NCBI GenBank assembly: GCA_026770705.1
Contig: JANJGN010000019.1
Location: 18,786,001-18,850,000 of the forward strand
Length of the DNA: 64,000 bases
Direction: 5' to 3'
From: Isurus oxyrinchus
Taxonomy: Eukaryota
In this document: one piece after another, positions 28,851 to 39,612 of the stretch
Layout of the letters: each line of letters opens with the position of its first letter
Position numbering within the stretch: the first letter of the stretch is position 1
Position numbers and translations under genes: made by a program
The notes under the pieces: model-generated
Seen by the model: only the letters and a program-made list of their open reading frames with translations
Databases searched by the model: none
What the model was told of the DNA's origin: nothing

Positions 28851-30418
28851 TGGACAGGCTTTGGGGCATCAGGAGGCAAGTTACTCACCACAGGATTCCT
28901 AGCCTCTGACCGGCTCTTGTAGCCACAGTATTTATACGGCTAGTCCAGTTCAGTTTCTGGTCAATGGTAACCCCCAGGATGTTGATAGTGGGGGATTCAG
29001 TGATGGTAATGCCATTGAAAGTCATAGGGCGATGATTGCATTCTCTCTTGTTGGAGATGGTCATTGTCTGGCACTTGTGTGGCTCACCCCTTGTCAGCCC
29101 AAGCCTGGATTTTGTCCAGGTCTTGCTGCATTTGGACATTTTTTTTATTCATTCACAGGATGTGGGCTTTGCTGGCTGGGCCAACATTTATTGCCCATCT
29201 CTGGTTGCCCTTGAGCAGATGGTGGTGAATCGTTTTCTTGAATCGCTGCAGTCCATGTGATGTAGGTACACCCACAGTGCTGTTAGGAAGGGAGTTCCAG
29301 GATTTTGACCCAGCGACAGTGAAGGAACAGCAATAAATTTCCAAGTCAGTGACTTGAAGGGGAATTTTCAGGTGGTGCTGTTCTCATCTACCTGCTGTCC
29401 TTGTCCTTCTAGATTGTAGTGGTCATGGGTTTAGAAGGTGCTGTCGAAGGAGCCTTGGTGAATTCCTGCAGTGCGTCTAGTGGATGGTAGTCCAAGCTGC
29501 TACTGTACATCGGTGGTGGAGGGAGTGAATGTTTGTGGATATGGTGCCAATCAAGTGGGCTGCTTTGTCCTGGACGGTGTCCAGCTTCTTGAGTGTTGTG
29601 GAAGCTGCACTCATCCAGACAAGTGAGGAGTATTCCATCACACTCCTGACTTGTGCCTTGTAGATCTGTGAACAGACTTTGGGGAGTCAGGAGGTGAGTG
29701 ACCCTGGATTGCCCGACACTTGTGTGGCAGGAATGTTACTTGCCACTTGGCAGCTCAAGCCTGGATATTGTCCAGTTCTTGCTGAATTTGGACATGGACT
29801 GCTTCAGTATCTGAGGAGTCGCAAATGATGCTGAGCATTGTGCAATCATCAGCGAACATCCCCACTTCTGACCTTATGATGGAAGGAAGGTCATTGTTGA
29901 AGCAGCTGAAGATTGTTGAGCCAAGGACACTACTCTGAGGAAATCCTGCAGTGATGTCCTGGTGTTGACATGACTGACCGCCAACAACCACAACCATGTT
30001 CCGTTGTGCTAGGTATGACTCCAACCAGGGCAGAGTTTTCTCCATGGTTCCCACTGATTCCAGTTTTGCTAGGGGTCTTTGATGCCACACTCAGTAAAAT
30101 GCTGCCTTGATGTCAAGGGCAGTCACTCTCACCTCACCTCGGAAGCTCAGCTCTTTTGTCCATGTTTGAACTAAGGCTGTAATGAGGTCAGGAGCTGAAT
30201 GGCCCTGGCGGAACCCAAACTGAGCATTAGTAAGCAGGTTATTGCTAAGCAAGTGCCACTTGATAACACTGTTGACGACCTCTTCCATCACTTTACTGAT
30301 CATTGAGCCTAGACTGATGGGGCAGTAATTGGCCGGGTTGGTTTTGTCCTGCTTTTTGTGTACAGGCCATACCTGGGCAATTTTCCATATAGCTGCATAA
30401 ATGCCAGTGGTGTACAGG
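28850..30418 (-). mobile_element. Non-LTR retrotransposon fragments of the same family as 5970-7184, in permuted order
   Basis: WKIAQVWPVHKKQDKTNPANYCPISL, LDIKAAF and MFADDCT motifs; a 3' tail lies internally at about 29138-29210. Confidence 0.9.
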
Positions 30419-31314
30419 AACATCTTGAGCTCACTCCAGCTGTCCCTTCCTCTCAAGGAGTCAACCAGGGGCCTTTGAGAACCCATAGGGAGGAGGATCA
30501 GAAGATGCACACCCCGGGGCCATCCACCCAAGTGACTCTGGGAGTGACTGACCCAACCAAATCCCCCCTTTCTGTGACTTCAGCAGCTCCAGATCCACAG
30601 GCTGAGGAGGATGGCACACAGCAGGACACCAAGAGCAGGCTGGGGCCCTTCAGAGGATGCCCGCCAAGCTCATCACAGACAACAGGATGTAGTAGTCAGC
30701 AGGCCACCCTCACCTCTGCTGTGGGTATTGGGGGAGCACCAAGACGTAGTGGCAGGGTTAGTAAGGTCATGAAGGCTTAGTTACACAACGTAGGCACGGG
30801 TGTTAATCAGTTGTACTTAATATCAACCATTTTAAATATGCTCTCCTTGACTATGGCCCCCTGTTATGTTGAGTAGTGCTCATATCAAGCAGTGCGTCTA
30901 GCACAAAGCGAAGGCTACTGTCACAGTCTAGGGCCTCTCCCCTGTGCAGAGTGTAACCTTTTGAGCACAGTGATTGTCCGGCTTCAAAATCACTGTCCAG
31001 ATGAGAGACATCCACCTCCATGTGGCTTGTGTTTGCTGCAAGAATCTCGTACCCAAGCGTCAATGGGTTCCATAATGTTCTCTGTGTGCTCTCAGCACCT
31101 TTGAGGTGGGGCTGCCCTCCCATCTTGACAGCATTCCTGACAGGTGAAGGTGTGGTGTTGAAGGGAACAGGTGATGAAGCCTGACAAAGTATCAGGTTGT
31201 CTTCAAGTACATGCGGCCGCTGTTTCTTAGCAACGTCTCAATGATCGAGCCTCCTCACAGAGCGTAAGTGCACTTACTTAGGTGTCAGACGTTCCCAGAT
31301 GCAATATGGAGACC

Positions 31315-31821
31315 TCAGGAGTGTCCTCGCTGCATCTTTTCATCATCATCCTGGAATCTTGCGGCAATGAAGGCCTCACGTCTACGCTTGCCTCGTCTGG
31401 CCTCATCGCCTGCACCCTCACCAACCTTATCCACTTCCACCTCCTCCTCAGAGGAGACATGCAGCTCTTGCATCTCCTCATCATCCAGATCCGCCCCACT
31501 TTGCATTGCCAGGTTGTGTAGTGTGCAGCTCCCTCTGGGGAGTGTACTGCAGTGCTCCACCAGATCTGTCCAGGCATTGGAATATCATTTTCAGGATGCC
31601 AATGGTGTGCTCAACCAAACCTAGGGTTGGGGCATGAGCTTCGTTGTTCCTTCTCTCACCAGGAGTCTGAGGCTGCCGCACAGGTGTCATCAGCCATGTC
31701 CCTTGTGGGTAGCCATTGTCCCCGAGGAGCCACCCCTGCAACCCGTGTGGTCCCTGGAAGATGTCATGGGTCTGAGGCCTGCTGAGGATGTACGAGTCAT
31801 GGACACTTCCAGAGTATCTTG

Positions 31822-31852
<31 letters not shown>

Positions 31853-32917
31853 CTGCATGATCCGTTTGTTATGGTCGCAGACCAGTTGAACATTGAGAGA
31901 GTGGAAGCCTTTACAGTTCACATACTGGACTACTTGTTGCCAGGGAGATTTAAGAGCCATGTGGGTGCAGTCGTTGGCACCCTGCACCTCTGGGAATCCA
32001 GAAATCTGAGCAAATTCCAGGTGTACAAGATTATGAGGGGCATGGACAGGGTGGATAGGGAGCAGCTGTTCCCCATAGTTGAAGGGTCAGTCACGAGGGG
32101 ACATAAGTTCAAGGTGAGGGGCAGGAGATTTAGGGGGGATGTGAGGAAAAACTCTTTTACCCAGAGGGTGGTGACGGTCTGGAATGCACTGCCTGGGAGG
32201 GTGATTGAGGCGGGTTGCCTCACATCCTTTAAAAAGTACTTGGATGAGTACTTAGCACATCATAACATTCAAGGCTGTGGGCCAAGTGCTGATAAATAGG
32301 ATTAGGTAGGTAGGTCAGGTGTTTCTCACATGTCGGTGCAAACTCGATGGGCCGAAGGGCCTCTTCTGCATTGTGTAATTCTGTGATTCTGATTCCCTTG
32401 CTTCCTGGCTTGCCTGATCCCTGTCCCAAGGTGAGTGCCTTGGCAAAAAGGGTGTCCGTGACTTCCTGGATACATTTGTGGGTGATGACTTGCAAGACCC
32501 AGCAAAGGTCTCCAGTGGAGCCCTGAAAGGAGCCACTGTCATAGAAATTGAGCATGGCGATAACTTTAACTGTCAATGACAATGGATGCCCTCTGAGCTG
32601 CCGTGGTGCCAAATGCTGCCGAAGGTGACATATATACGTGACCAGTTCTCTTGACACGCACAGGCGGCCGGCGACAGTGGTTCTCGCCTATCTGCAGATA
32701 GCACCTGCACCGTCGGTGGACCCTGGGTCTAGTGATGTACCTACGAATAACAGCTCTGTGGGGCTCATCTTGCTACGTGCAGAGGAGGCTGTGCTGCCTC
32801 TTGGTCTTCAGGGTTCTGCTCCTCCCTTTGGCGAGCCAGGTGCCTCCATTGCATTCTTCTCCTTCTTCTCTCCTGCCTATAGGCAATGAGGCAGACAGCG
32901 AGATCACCAGACTCCAT
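31315..32917 (-). pseudogene. HARBI1-like DDE transposase pseudogene
   Basis: Motifs LNFYDSGSFQ, GFPEVQGANDCTH, NCKGFHSLNVQLVCD, YSGSVHDSYIL, LLGDNGYP and VEHTIGILK.IFQCLDRSGGALQY, plus an acidic C-terminus. Disrupted by stops, frameshifts, a CR1 insertion and a (CA)n tract. Confidence 0.9.
32018..32390 (+). mobile_element. CR1 3' end inserted into the Harbinger transposase
   Basis: VYKIMRGMDRVDREQLFP...FTQRVVTVWNALP; tail attctgtgattctg. Confidence 0.9.
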
Positions 32918-34856
32918 GTTCCTGATGGTCCCCTCATTGCAGTATCAAAGAGAGAGACGCAAGGGTCAGCAACTGTCTCCTAAGGGCCACTCTTGGTTAA
33001 GCCATCACCGGCAGCTGCCTCTCAAGGCCCCTTAATGCATGCTGGAGAGTCCAGGCCCACACGTGGATGCCCAGTGTTTAATGCACTGTGCCCACACCCA
33101 GCACTACCCCATACATGACCGAGTGGCGGCAGCTTTGGCCACTGGACTACACCCTGAACTCTCAATCTCAGGCACAGACATTTTCTCAACCTGGACTCCA
33201 AGGCTTTGTGGTTTGCTTGAGGCTGGCTTTTCAATATCAACTGAAATATAATGCAAGGGGCTAGGAGCGTACCCCTCCGTTAATGTTCGATGGCCACCTT
33301 TCCCAACGGGATCCTCAGACTTGCCCAGTCACGCAATGGTTCTGCAGCACCATAGCATTCATTCCAGTTTGAAGTGTGCTCGTGAGGGGTTAACAGTAGA
33401 GGAGCAATCATTGGCACTGTGAGGAATTAGTGCTGTTGAGTGGGCACAGTTGTTAGACTAGGCTGACTCCAAGCATGTCACTTGAGGTCAAGCTAAACGC
33501 TCTCAGCTGCAGTGGAGTGCTCATCTTTGACATGTTTTGCCATTAGATGGGCCATTTTCATTCCCCCACCCTGTCCCCACCCAAGTGTGTTTGCTTAAAT
33601 TTCAGTCGGTGTTACCATGACCACCCTCCAAGAATTGTTGCCCTTACCTCAAGGTTCCCTTCCCCCCCTTTGCACTGTTGCCCTTGCTCCAGGGCCACAA
33701 GCCAGTCGTGAAGAAGCCGCTGCGGAGACCTGCCTGTGGCCCCTCGGCCCCCCCCCCCCCCCCGCCGCCGAATCCGCAGAGCTGCAGGGTTCATCGTCAG
33801 CGCAGCGCAAAGTCGTGTGCCACTCGCCTCCGAGTTTCCCTCGAAATTGAGGTCAGCAGGTTCACACCTTTTAGAGGCAATTGTAAATCACGCCATTGTG
33901 ACATTACGCTGTCGCGGCATTTAAATTTGACATTGTGGGTGGGGGGATGATTCTGCCGTGTGGCCACAATAATTAGATGCAAATTCAATACAATTAAGTT
34001 GCCCGTGTTCGATGGCGGGTACCATGGCCCGCCATTGCTGGGGGTGGGGGAGGGGGATAATCACGTCCCGAATTAACGATATTGGGAAATGCGACTAGGG
34101 CCTACTCGCGTGATTCTTCGATCTTGCCGCCGAACACACCCACTCCGAACAAGGGCCAGAAGATTCCGGCCTATGATTTTTCTCCTGGATTGCTCACTGA
34201 GGTGATCCAGAGCTTAGATTTTAATTCCTGGAGATTGCAGGGCAGTCCTAGGGGGTCGGCAACCCAATAGAATGGCAGCAGTCTAAGGATGCATAGAACC
34301 CAGAAGGGCAGATTTTCCTACCCCGCCTCCACCCACCCCACCATCCCCTCTCCCTTCTAGACAGGGACAGTTCGTTAAAAGTTGGAACTTGCTGATTATC
34401 AAGGTTTTAGCTTAGTTGTTTACTTAGAGGAAACATTTTGATAAGAAACTCACAACTTGGTTGGAATGGAGACTCATGCCAGTGTTTTGCTACACCATGA
34501 AAGTAATAGCTGTGCAAAAGTGTTTTTTTGAATAGGATACTGCCCCGGCAAGGAGGGTTTTTTTTTGTGGCTTCCTATTCTCCCAGTGTTAATCAGTGGA
34601 AGCACAAGTGGTTGTCTTAGAAAGCATTGAATATTTAGCCAAACTGCTCCCCAGACACTGCTTAATGGTAGTTAATTTCAGTGATTGCCAAATGTTTTCA
34701 ACAGTTAAGCACTTGATTCAAAGTGACCAAGATTGACTTTAGTGAAATGTGGGCATTAATTTTATTGTGCCTACAATACGATGAATGCAGAACCAAAAGA
34801 GGGTCTGAAGTCATTAACATCAGCCATTTCAAACGCCTGAAGTTCAGCTTTGGCTT

Positions 34857-35120
34857 TGTTATATTCTTCTCTTCAGCGTAAGTGTACCAATCGTACAACA
34901 AAGACTGGTGAAACAATAATGGTGGTCTTTTATTTGAAGATAAGGCTATATGCAAATAGAGTTAACTAGGAGAGGCTAAATATAGTACATCTGATCTCGA
35001 CTCCTGTTGCTTGTGGACAAGCCATGTGACTAGTGCATCACACCCTGTCGAGGTAGCAGTGATTGACTGCAGTTTGAAAATATCACACCCTTAAAGGTAC
35101 ACATTCCTCATATCACACCA
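34857..35120 (-). mobile_element. Candidate solo LTR
   Basis: TG...CA termini, GGCTT direct repeat on both sides (34852-34856 and 35121-35125), and AATAAA on the minus strand at 34929-34934. Confidence 0.55.
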
Positions 35121-35557
35121 GGCTTTTGGTGGCTGATAGATAGTACACTGGTCACCCATTCCCGTGGTGAGGATTTGGAGGCCCTGGCCTCATTTTGTGT
35201 GCAGCCAGTCCGGAGGCCAGCGGAGTAGTCCAAGGTAGCTGACCAGCTTTGACCCACAGGAAGGTGGACCTGCTGAGACACTGGAGATTGCACCCTGCAG
35301 TTTTTATTTCGTTGCTACCCAGAGGAGCAGTTATTCTTCTCTTAGCCTCTCAAAAATAATATCAAACTTACCTTCTCAGAGCCTCTTCAGCTCTACTGCC
35401 CACAAAACCCATCAGTTTAATGCTAAAATGGCATGTGAGGCTCTATGTATATAATAAAAACAAAAAAACTGCGGATGATGGAAATCCAAAACAAAAACAA
35501 AAACAGAATTACCTGGAAAAACTCAGCAGGTCTGGCAGCATCGGCGGAGAAGAAAAG

Positions 35558-35596
35558 AGTTGACGTTTCGAGTCCTCATGACCCTTCGACAGAACT
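35558..35596 (-). ncRNA. Minimal hammerhead ribozyme-like motif (core CUGUCGA)
   Basis: AGUU CUGUCGA A GGGUC AUGAG GACUC GAAA C GUC AACU. Confidence 0.65.
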
Positions 35597-35792
35597 TGAG
35601 TTCGAGTCCAAGAAAGAGTTGAAATATAAGCTGGTTTAAGGTGTGTGTGTGGGGGGCGGAGAGAGAGAGAGAGAGAGAGAGGTGGAGTGGGGGTGTGGTT
35701 GTAGGGACAAACAAGCAGTGATAGAAGCAAAACAAAAACAGAATTACCTGGAAAAACTCAGCAGGTCTGGCAGCATCGGCGGAGAAGAAAAG

Positions 35793-35831
35793 AGTTGACG
35801 TTTCGAGTCCTCATGACCCTTCGACAGAACT
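35793..35831 (-). ncRNA. Minimal hammerhead ribozyme-like motif, identical tandem copy
   Basis: Same 39-mer as 35558-35596, offset by 235 nt. Confidence 0.65.
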
Positions 35832-36577
35832 TGAGTTCGAGTCCAAGAAGCATCAAAAGATGTCAACAACAATAATACAAAAGAACACATAGGTGTTAAA
35901 GTTAAAGTTGGTGATATTATCTAAACGAATGTGCTAATTAAGAATGGATGGTAGGGCACTCAAGGTATAGCTCTAGTGGGGGTGGAGGGAGCATAAAAGA
36001 TGTAAAAATAAATAAATAATTTTTTTTTTTCTCTTTTTATAATGGAAATAGGTGGGAAAAGGAAAATCTATATAATTTATTGGGAAAAAAAAGAGAAAAG
36101 GAAGGGGGAAACAGAAAGGGGGTGGGGATGGGGGAGGGAGCTCACGATCTAAAGTTGTTGAATTCAATATTCAGTCCGGAAGGCTGTAAAGTGCCTAGTC
36201 GGAAGATGAGGTGTTGTTCCTCCAGTTTGCGTTGGGCTTCACTGGAACAATGCAGCAAGCCAAGGACAGACATGTGGGCAAGAGAGCAGGGTCTTTTATG
36301 CTCTCCCCACCCCCACTAGAGCTATACCTTGAGTGCCCTACCATCCATTCTTAATTAGCACATTCGTTGAGATAATATCACCAACTTTAACTTTAACACC
36401 TATGTGTTCTTTTGTATTATTGTTGTTGACATCTTTTGATGATCTGCTTCTATCACTGCTTGTTTGTCCCTACAACCACACTCCCACTCCACCTCTCTCT
36501 CTCTCTCTCTCTCTCCGCCCCCCACACACACACCTTAAACCAGCTTATATTTCAACTCTTTCTTGGACTCGAATTCA

Positions 36578-36616
36578 AGTTCTGTCGAAGGGTCATGAGG
36601 ACTCGAAATGTCAACT
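36578..36616 (+). ncRNA. Minimal hammerhead ribozyme-like motif in the inverted pseudo-LTR (GAAAUGUC variant)
   Basis: agttctgtcgaagggtcatgaggactcgaaatgtcaact. Confidence 0.55.
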
Positions 36617-37639
36617 CTTTTCTTCTCCGCCGATGCTGCCAGACCTGCTGAGTTTTTCCAGGTAATTTGTTTTTGTTCTATGTATATCATGGTTGGCAAA
36701 TTGCAAGTTAATAGTGGCTTATCATAGTGGTGTGCTTTTTATAGACACACAGCAGTAAGCACCTTTCAAAAATGGCACCTGTCGCATTGTCAGGGATAAT
36801 AACATAAGAAACAGGAGCTGGGGTAGGCCATTTGGCCCTTTCAGCACTGCCATTCAACAAGATCAAGGCTGATCTTCTATCTCAACTGTACCGACCCCAT
36901 TCAGAGGCCCATTTTTGAGGCGGTCAAAAAAACCTGACTCTCTTCTTTCAATTAGCCTTCCTGTGTTGCATTGGAAGGTATTATTCATTCGCCTTTTCTC
37001 AGCGATGATAATTATTCACTGTCACAGCATACGTTAATTTTCTTCTCAAAGGGATTTTTTATTTTAGCAATGAGTTGTGAGCAACAGTGTGCAACAATCC
37101 AAAACTCATTTATTTTCAGCGAACATTCTGCCCAGAGTCTAAACAAAAGATCTCATCCATAACAACAGAATCCAGGCATTCGTTCTCACATGCCAAAGAT
37201 CAGCGAGTTTAACTGGTGCCAGCAGCAGTCATGAATTATTTGCTCTTTCATACTTGTGTTAACCTTATCATAGCTGGTGAATTTTTTTTCTCTGATAATA
37301 ATATAAAGGATCTGGAATTATGTAAGCATTATGGGGCAGGCTGTCCAGTTCCTGTTCCTGTAAATTCCTCCAGCTCTATAACCCACCGAGATCTGTGCTC
37401 CTCCATTCCTGGCTTCTTACACATCTCCAATTTTCACTGTTCCATCACTGGTGGCTAGGAATTCAGCCCAAGGCGAAAGGACCTTATGAGTGAGTGAACT
37501 GTGAGCTCATTGTTGGTGGGTTTATTTGATTTCTATGTGCTTGGCCAGAAACTCTGAGTTGTATGCCAGGATTTTTCGGACCAGCCAGGCAGGGACCAGA
37601 AGATCCCAGTGGTGGGCGAGGCTGGAAAATCCCAGCCAT

Positions 37640-38390
37640 CGAGTCATTGCACCACAGAAGGAGGCCATTCAGCCTATCAAGTCCATGCCAGCTCTCCATA
37701 AAGCACCCAATCAGTGCCATTCCCATGCTCCACCCCTGTAGCCCTGCAAGTTTTTCCCTCAAGTGCAGATCCAATTTCCTCTTGAAATCATTCATCATCT
37801 CTATTTCCACCACCCTCGTAGGATGCAAGTTCCAGGTCATAAGCACTCAGTGCAAAATTAAATTCTTCCTCATCTCCCTCTGCCTCTCTTGCACAAAACC
37901 TTAAATCTGTATCCCCTAGTCTTTGTACTAGCAGCTAATGAGAAGTTTTTCTTTCTCCACCTTAACTCGACCCATCACAACTTGTACGCCTCTATCAAAT
38001 CTCCCCTCATATGCTTTTGCTCCAAGGAGAACAATCCCAGTTTCTCCAACCTAACCTAGTAGCTAAAATCCCTCATCCCTGGAACCATGCCAGTAAAGCT
38101 ACTCCCTCAAGGGCCCTCCCTTCCTAAAATATGGCAACTGGATGCAATACTCTAGTTCTAACCTAGCCAAAGTTTCTGCATAACTTTCCTGCTTTTGTAC
38201 TCAATACCTTTATTTATGGATCTCAAAATTCCACATGCTTTGCTAATTACTCTCTCAATTTGTCCTCCCAACTTCAAAGGTCTATGCATATGAACCCCAA
38301 GGTTCCTCTGCACCTACACATTATTTAGAACTGTGCCCTTGAGTTTAAATCATCTCTTCCTATCCCTTCTGTCAAAATGCATTAAATACT
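37640..38390 (-). mobile_element. CR1 LINE 3' fragment, preceded by a roughly 70-bp mini-MITE (37565-37636)
   Basis: WNLHPTRVVE...FKRKLD motif on the minus strand. The mini-element ends are gccaggattttt / aaaatcccagcc. Confidence 0.75.
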
Positions 38391-39612
38391 TTCTTCACCA
38401 GTAGAAGAGTGGGAATATGAAAGTCATCCTATCCTGTGAGGAGATGTCATTTTCTTGTATCCCTATTGTTATTAGGAGTGTATGAGGAGAAGTGTGTTAT
38501 GAAAGATGTTATTCAAGACAGTTACAGTAGGACACAGGGCATAAAAATTTAGCCACTCAGTGCCTGTTTCTCTGGCGGTGATTGGCCTCTAATCATCCAA
38601 TATTGCAAGAGGTACATGGACATTTCCAGCTGCAAGTGCACCACCCACCATATTGGACGAGGTGGTTATAAGGCCCGGTAATTAGGACCAACAATCAACA
38701 GTGATTGAGGGTGGCACAGAATGCAATCTCAAAAATGGGCACAGCAGAATTCCTAGGCCAAGAATTCTGCATTGCAGGCAGGCCCAGTAACAAATGGAGA
38801 TACACGTTGCTGTTTTCGCAATGATGTTAGTACTGGAAGTTGGCTGGATGCATGTTGCCTTAGCCTCGCTGGCACCCTTACAACAAGTTCAAATGCAGCC
38901 AAACCAGGACCCACATGTGCATATTTGTGGTTTCCCACAAATCTGCTGTAAACAAGATAGATTTATGACTGAATTAGAGCATGGTGCACATGTTTTAAAG
39001 AATGGGGTAAAGCTTTGTGCAACAGTGTAAAATGAGTAATTGCGAGTCAGAATTCTCTTTTTCATCTCTCCTGATATTTTATTTCTAATGAAATCAGTGG
39101 AAAGAAGAAAAGGGAGGGATGTTTTGTACTGTTGAACAAAGTCAAGATTTACCTGCATCACTCTCCACATCTCCCAACTCATGCACAATGCGGACTTGTA
39201 AAATCATCTCTGGTGTTCAGATGTGAACACCATGGTGGAGAAATATAGTGCTGCATCATAGCCTTATCTTGATTCCCTGTGGGCACATAGTGCCATGCAT
39301 GTCACCCACGCTGTGTTCTTCAATGTTATCAATAGCCCCTCAATTTGAAACCATTAAATAAGTTGAACTTTAACATGTCCCAATGAGATTTTTTGTAACG
39401 AGCACTTATTCTTTGCATACTTGCACTCCCTGAACCTCAAAACACTACCTCAGGACAGCAACATGCCCCAAAAACTCTGCAGAGCGTAAAGAAATTGTTC
39501 TGCGATGGTACTTGACAGAATGTTCTGCTTCCTATTGCCAAAATCCAAACAAAACGAGAATTCAGAAGCCATTTGAAATGTAAGCACAAATTAATTACCT
39601 TAGAGAGTGAGC

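Larger units (their letters stand above)
30419..34171. mobile_element. Decayed PIF/Harbinger DNA transposon (left part truncated)
   Basis: Contains a transposase pseudogene on the minus strand, a convergent plus-strand frame remnant ending at 30780, a CpG-rich subterminal region and a TIR-like end agattccggcc at about 34161-34171. Confidence 0.75.
35453..36676. mobile_element. Young Penelope-like insertion: minus-strand 3' end with tandem pseudo-LTR duplication plus an inverted pseudo-LTR (36291-36676)
   Basis: GIY-YIG C-terminus on the minus strand at about 36140-36290; three hammerhead motifs; TSD tctatgtatat at 35442-35452 and 36677-36687. Confidence 0.9.

Noticed and set aside
31634-32299. 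221-aa plus-strand ORF as a novel chimeric protein
   Set aside because: It is an antisense transposase frame running by chance into a CR1 tail; there is no support for expression.
31315-32917. Host HARBI1 gene
   Set aside because: It has stops, frameshifts and an inserted LINE, and lies inside a transposon remnant.
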